From NCBI GenBank assembly GCA_018402365.1, contig JAGYJD010000005.1, positions 11,123-75,122 of the forward strand: DNA of 64,000 nucleotides. The letters run 5' to 3'. This document shows positions 63,174 to 64,000 of the stretch, one piece after another (position 1 is the first letter of the stretch; the number at the start of each line of letters is the position of its first letter). The notes below the pieces were generated by a model. It made no database searches. It saw only the letters and a list, made by a program, of their open reading frames with translations, and was not told the origin of the DNA. Source of the DNA: Candidatus Nanopelagicales bacterium. Lineage in GTDB: Bacteria; Actinomycetota; Actinomycetes; S36-B12; UBA5976. The position numbers were made by a program, and so were the translations under genes.

Positions 63174-64000
63174 ATGACACATTTAGTAAATGACCCTGTC
63201 GATTTTCCAGTTGAATTAGTTGACGGCTTTACAAAAGCAAACTCGAGATATGTAAAAAAAGTTTATGGCGGTGTGGTGCCGGGCTACTAAAAGTGCGCCG
63301 GGCAAGTTTCTATCATCACCGGCGGTGGAACAGGTCACTATCCGGTTTCATGGGTTGGGTTGGTCCTGGTTTAGTGGATGGCGCTGTCACCGGAAAAGTT
63401 TTTGCCTCCCCCTCTGCCTCGCAGGCCCGAAGTGTTGCAAAGGCTGCCGATCACGGTGGCGGAATCATTCTTGCTTTCCTAAATTACGCCGGCGATGTCC
63501 TGCATTTTGGTATGGCGGCTGAATTGCTTAAAGCTGATGGCTATGAAGTAAGAAGCGCCGTGGTAACAGATGATGTGGCCTCTGCCTCTAAAGAAGAAGT
63601 TAAGAAACGTCGCGGTATTGCTGGAGGTTTAGCGGTATTAAAAGTAGCCGCCGCCGCAGCTGAAGCTGGACTTGGCTTGGACGAAGTCTTTAGAGTTTTA
63701 AACAAAACAAATGATAGAACCAGAACTTTTGGGGTAGCTTTCTCAGGTTGTACCTTGCCCGGTTCTCAAAAACCCTTATTTGAAGTTCCAGCCGGAAAAA
63801 TCGCAGTTGGTTTAGGTGTGCATGGTGAACCTGGAATATTTGAAACAGATCTTGGAACCGCCGATGATGTAGCAAAATTATTGGTCGACAAACTTTTAGA
63901 TGAAGTTCCAGCTGGTGCAGGTAAGAAAGTTATTGCACTCTTAAATGGTTTGGGTTCTGCTAAATATGAAGAGCTCTATGTGACTTATGAATCTGTCGCT
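63174..64000 (+). pseudogene. dhaK: dihydroxyacetone/erythrulose kinase DhaK-domain gene, disrupted by three 1-nt frameshifts; continues beyond the window
   Basis: Frame 1: MTHLVNDPVDFPVELVDGFTKANSRYVKKVYGGVV, then a stop at 63288. RATKSAPGK is in frame 2 (63279-63306). VSIITGGGTGHYP is back in frame 1. From 63344, frame 3 reads GFMGWVGPGLVDGAVTGKVFASPSASQ...NYAGDVLHFGMAAE...GVHGEPG, open to the window end. Confidence 0.8.

Noticed and set aside
63265-63522. 85-aa plus-strand ORF (MAVWCRATKSAPGK...)
   Set aside because: It is not an independent gene. Only its first dozen or so codons (RATKSAPGK) correspond to DhaK sequence; the rest is an out-of-frame reading of the frameshifted dhaK.
1-64000. 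Search by eye for tRNA, rRNA, tmRNA, CRISPR, IS elements and defence-system genes (restriction-modification, Cas, Abi, retron-like)
   Set aside because: None were recognised. Apart from the RelE/Phd pair, no ORF shows nuclease, methylase or reverse-transcriptase motifs. A proper tRNAscan, Infernal and DefenseFinder run would be needed to exclude them.

Overview
This is a contiguous, tightly packed piece of an actinobacterial chromosome. About 70 protein genes are supported. I saw no rRNA, tRNA, CRISPR array, IS element or integrase.

Roughly 0-37 kb is classical Actinobacteria core synteny:
- a nucleoside-salvage operon (cdd, MTAP-like, MtaD-like, SDR, deoA) next to a BMP lipoprotein
- a gyrB-like parE next to the principal sigma factor
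- metY-metX behind a SAM-IV riboswitch
- a gap-free string miaB-miaA-dapF-hflX-dinG-ybhN
- recA-recX with a DUF3046 gene
- clgR-like, cinA, pgsA, rimO, rodZ-like, ftsK, rnj and dapA

The AT-leaning composition and the many 1-4 bp gene overlaps suggest a streamlined freshwater lineage such as acI/Nanopelagicales. That is inference only.

Three small accessory insertions interrupt this core:
- a RelE/ParE plus Phd/YefM toxin-antitoxin pair sits between the DUF3046 gene and recA
- a CrtQ/CrtO-like carotenoid glycosyl/acyl-transferase pair sits next to the clgR-like gene
- an IclR regulator, an operon of an FGE-like protein, a DUF59 protein and an amidohydrolase-2, and a 390-bp AT-rich spacer lie between thyX and dapA, which are normally adjacent

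The right-hand 17 kb (47.2-64 kb) is the most unusual part. It is a carbohydrate/polyol island containing:
- an ABC importer with two non-equivalent ATPases (one degenerate ATP site) and an extra small membrane subunit
- a TIM paralog, RpiB and two xylose-isomerase-like TIM barrels, one of them in the ketose 3-epimerase family
- a VAO/GlcD-type flavoenzyme and a DJ-1/PfpI protein
- an orphan UPF0261 (Tm-1-like) ATP-binding protein coupled to a creatininase-family hydrolase
- a GntR regulator, a class II aldolase and a HAD phosphatase
- a dhaK that carries three frameshifts

Regulatory signals read directly from the sequence:
- the SAM-IV riboswitch
- a LexA SOS box plus a RecA-NDp (PafBC-type) promoter upstream of recA
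- TGTACA operator repeats on a probably leaderless toxin-antitoxin promoter
- a 14-nt box shared by two promoters of the sugar island
- several hairpin terminators

All functional calls rest on motif recognition by eye. No database search was run.
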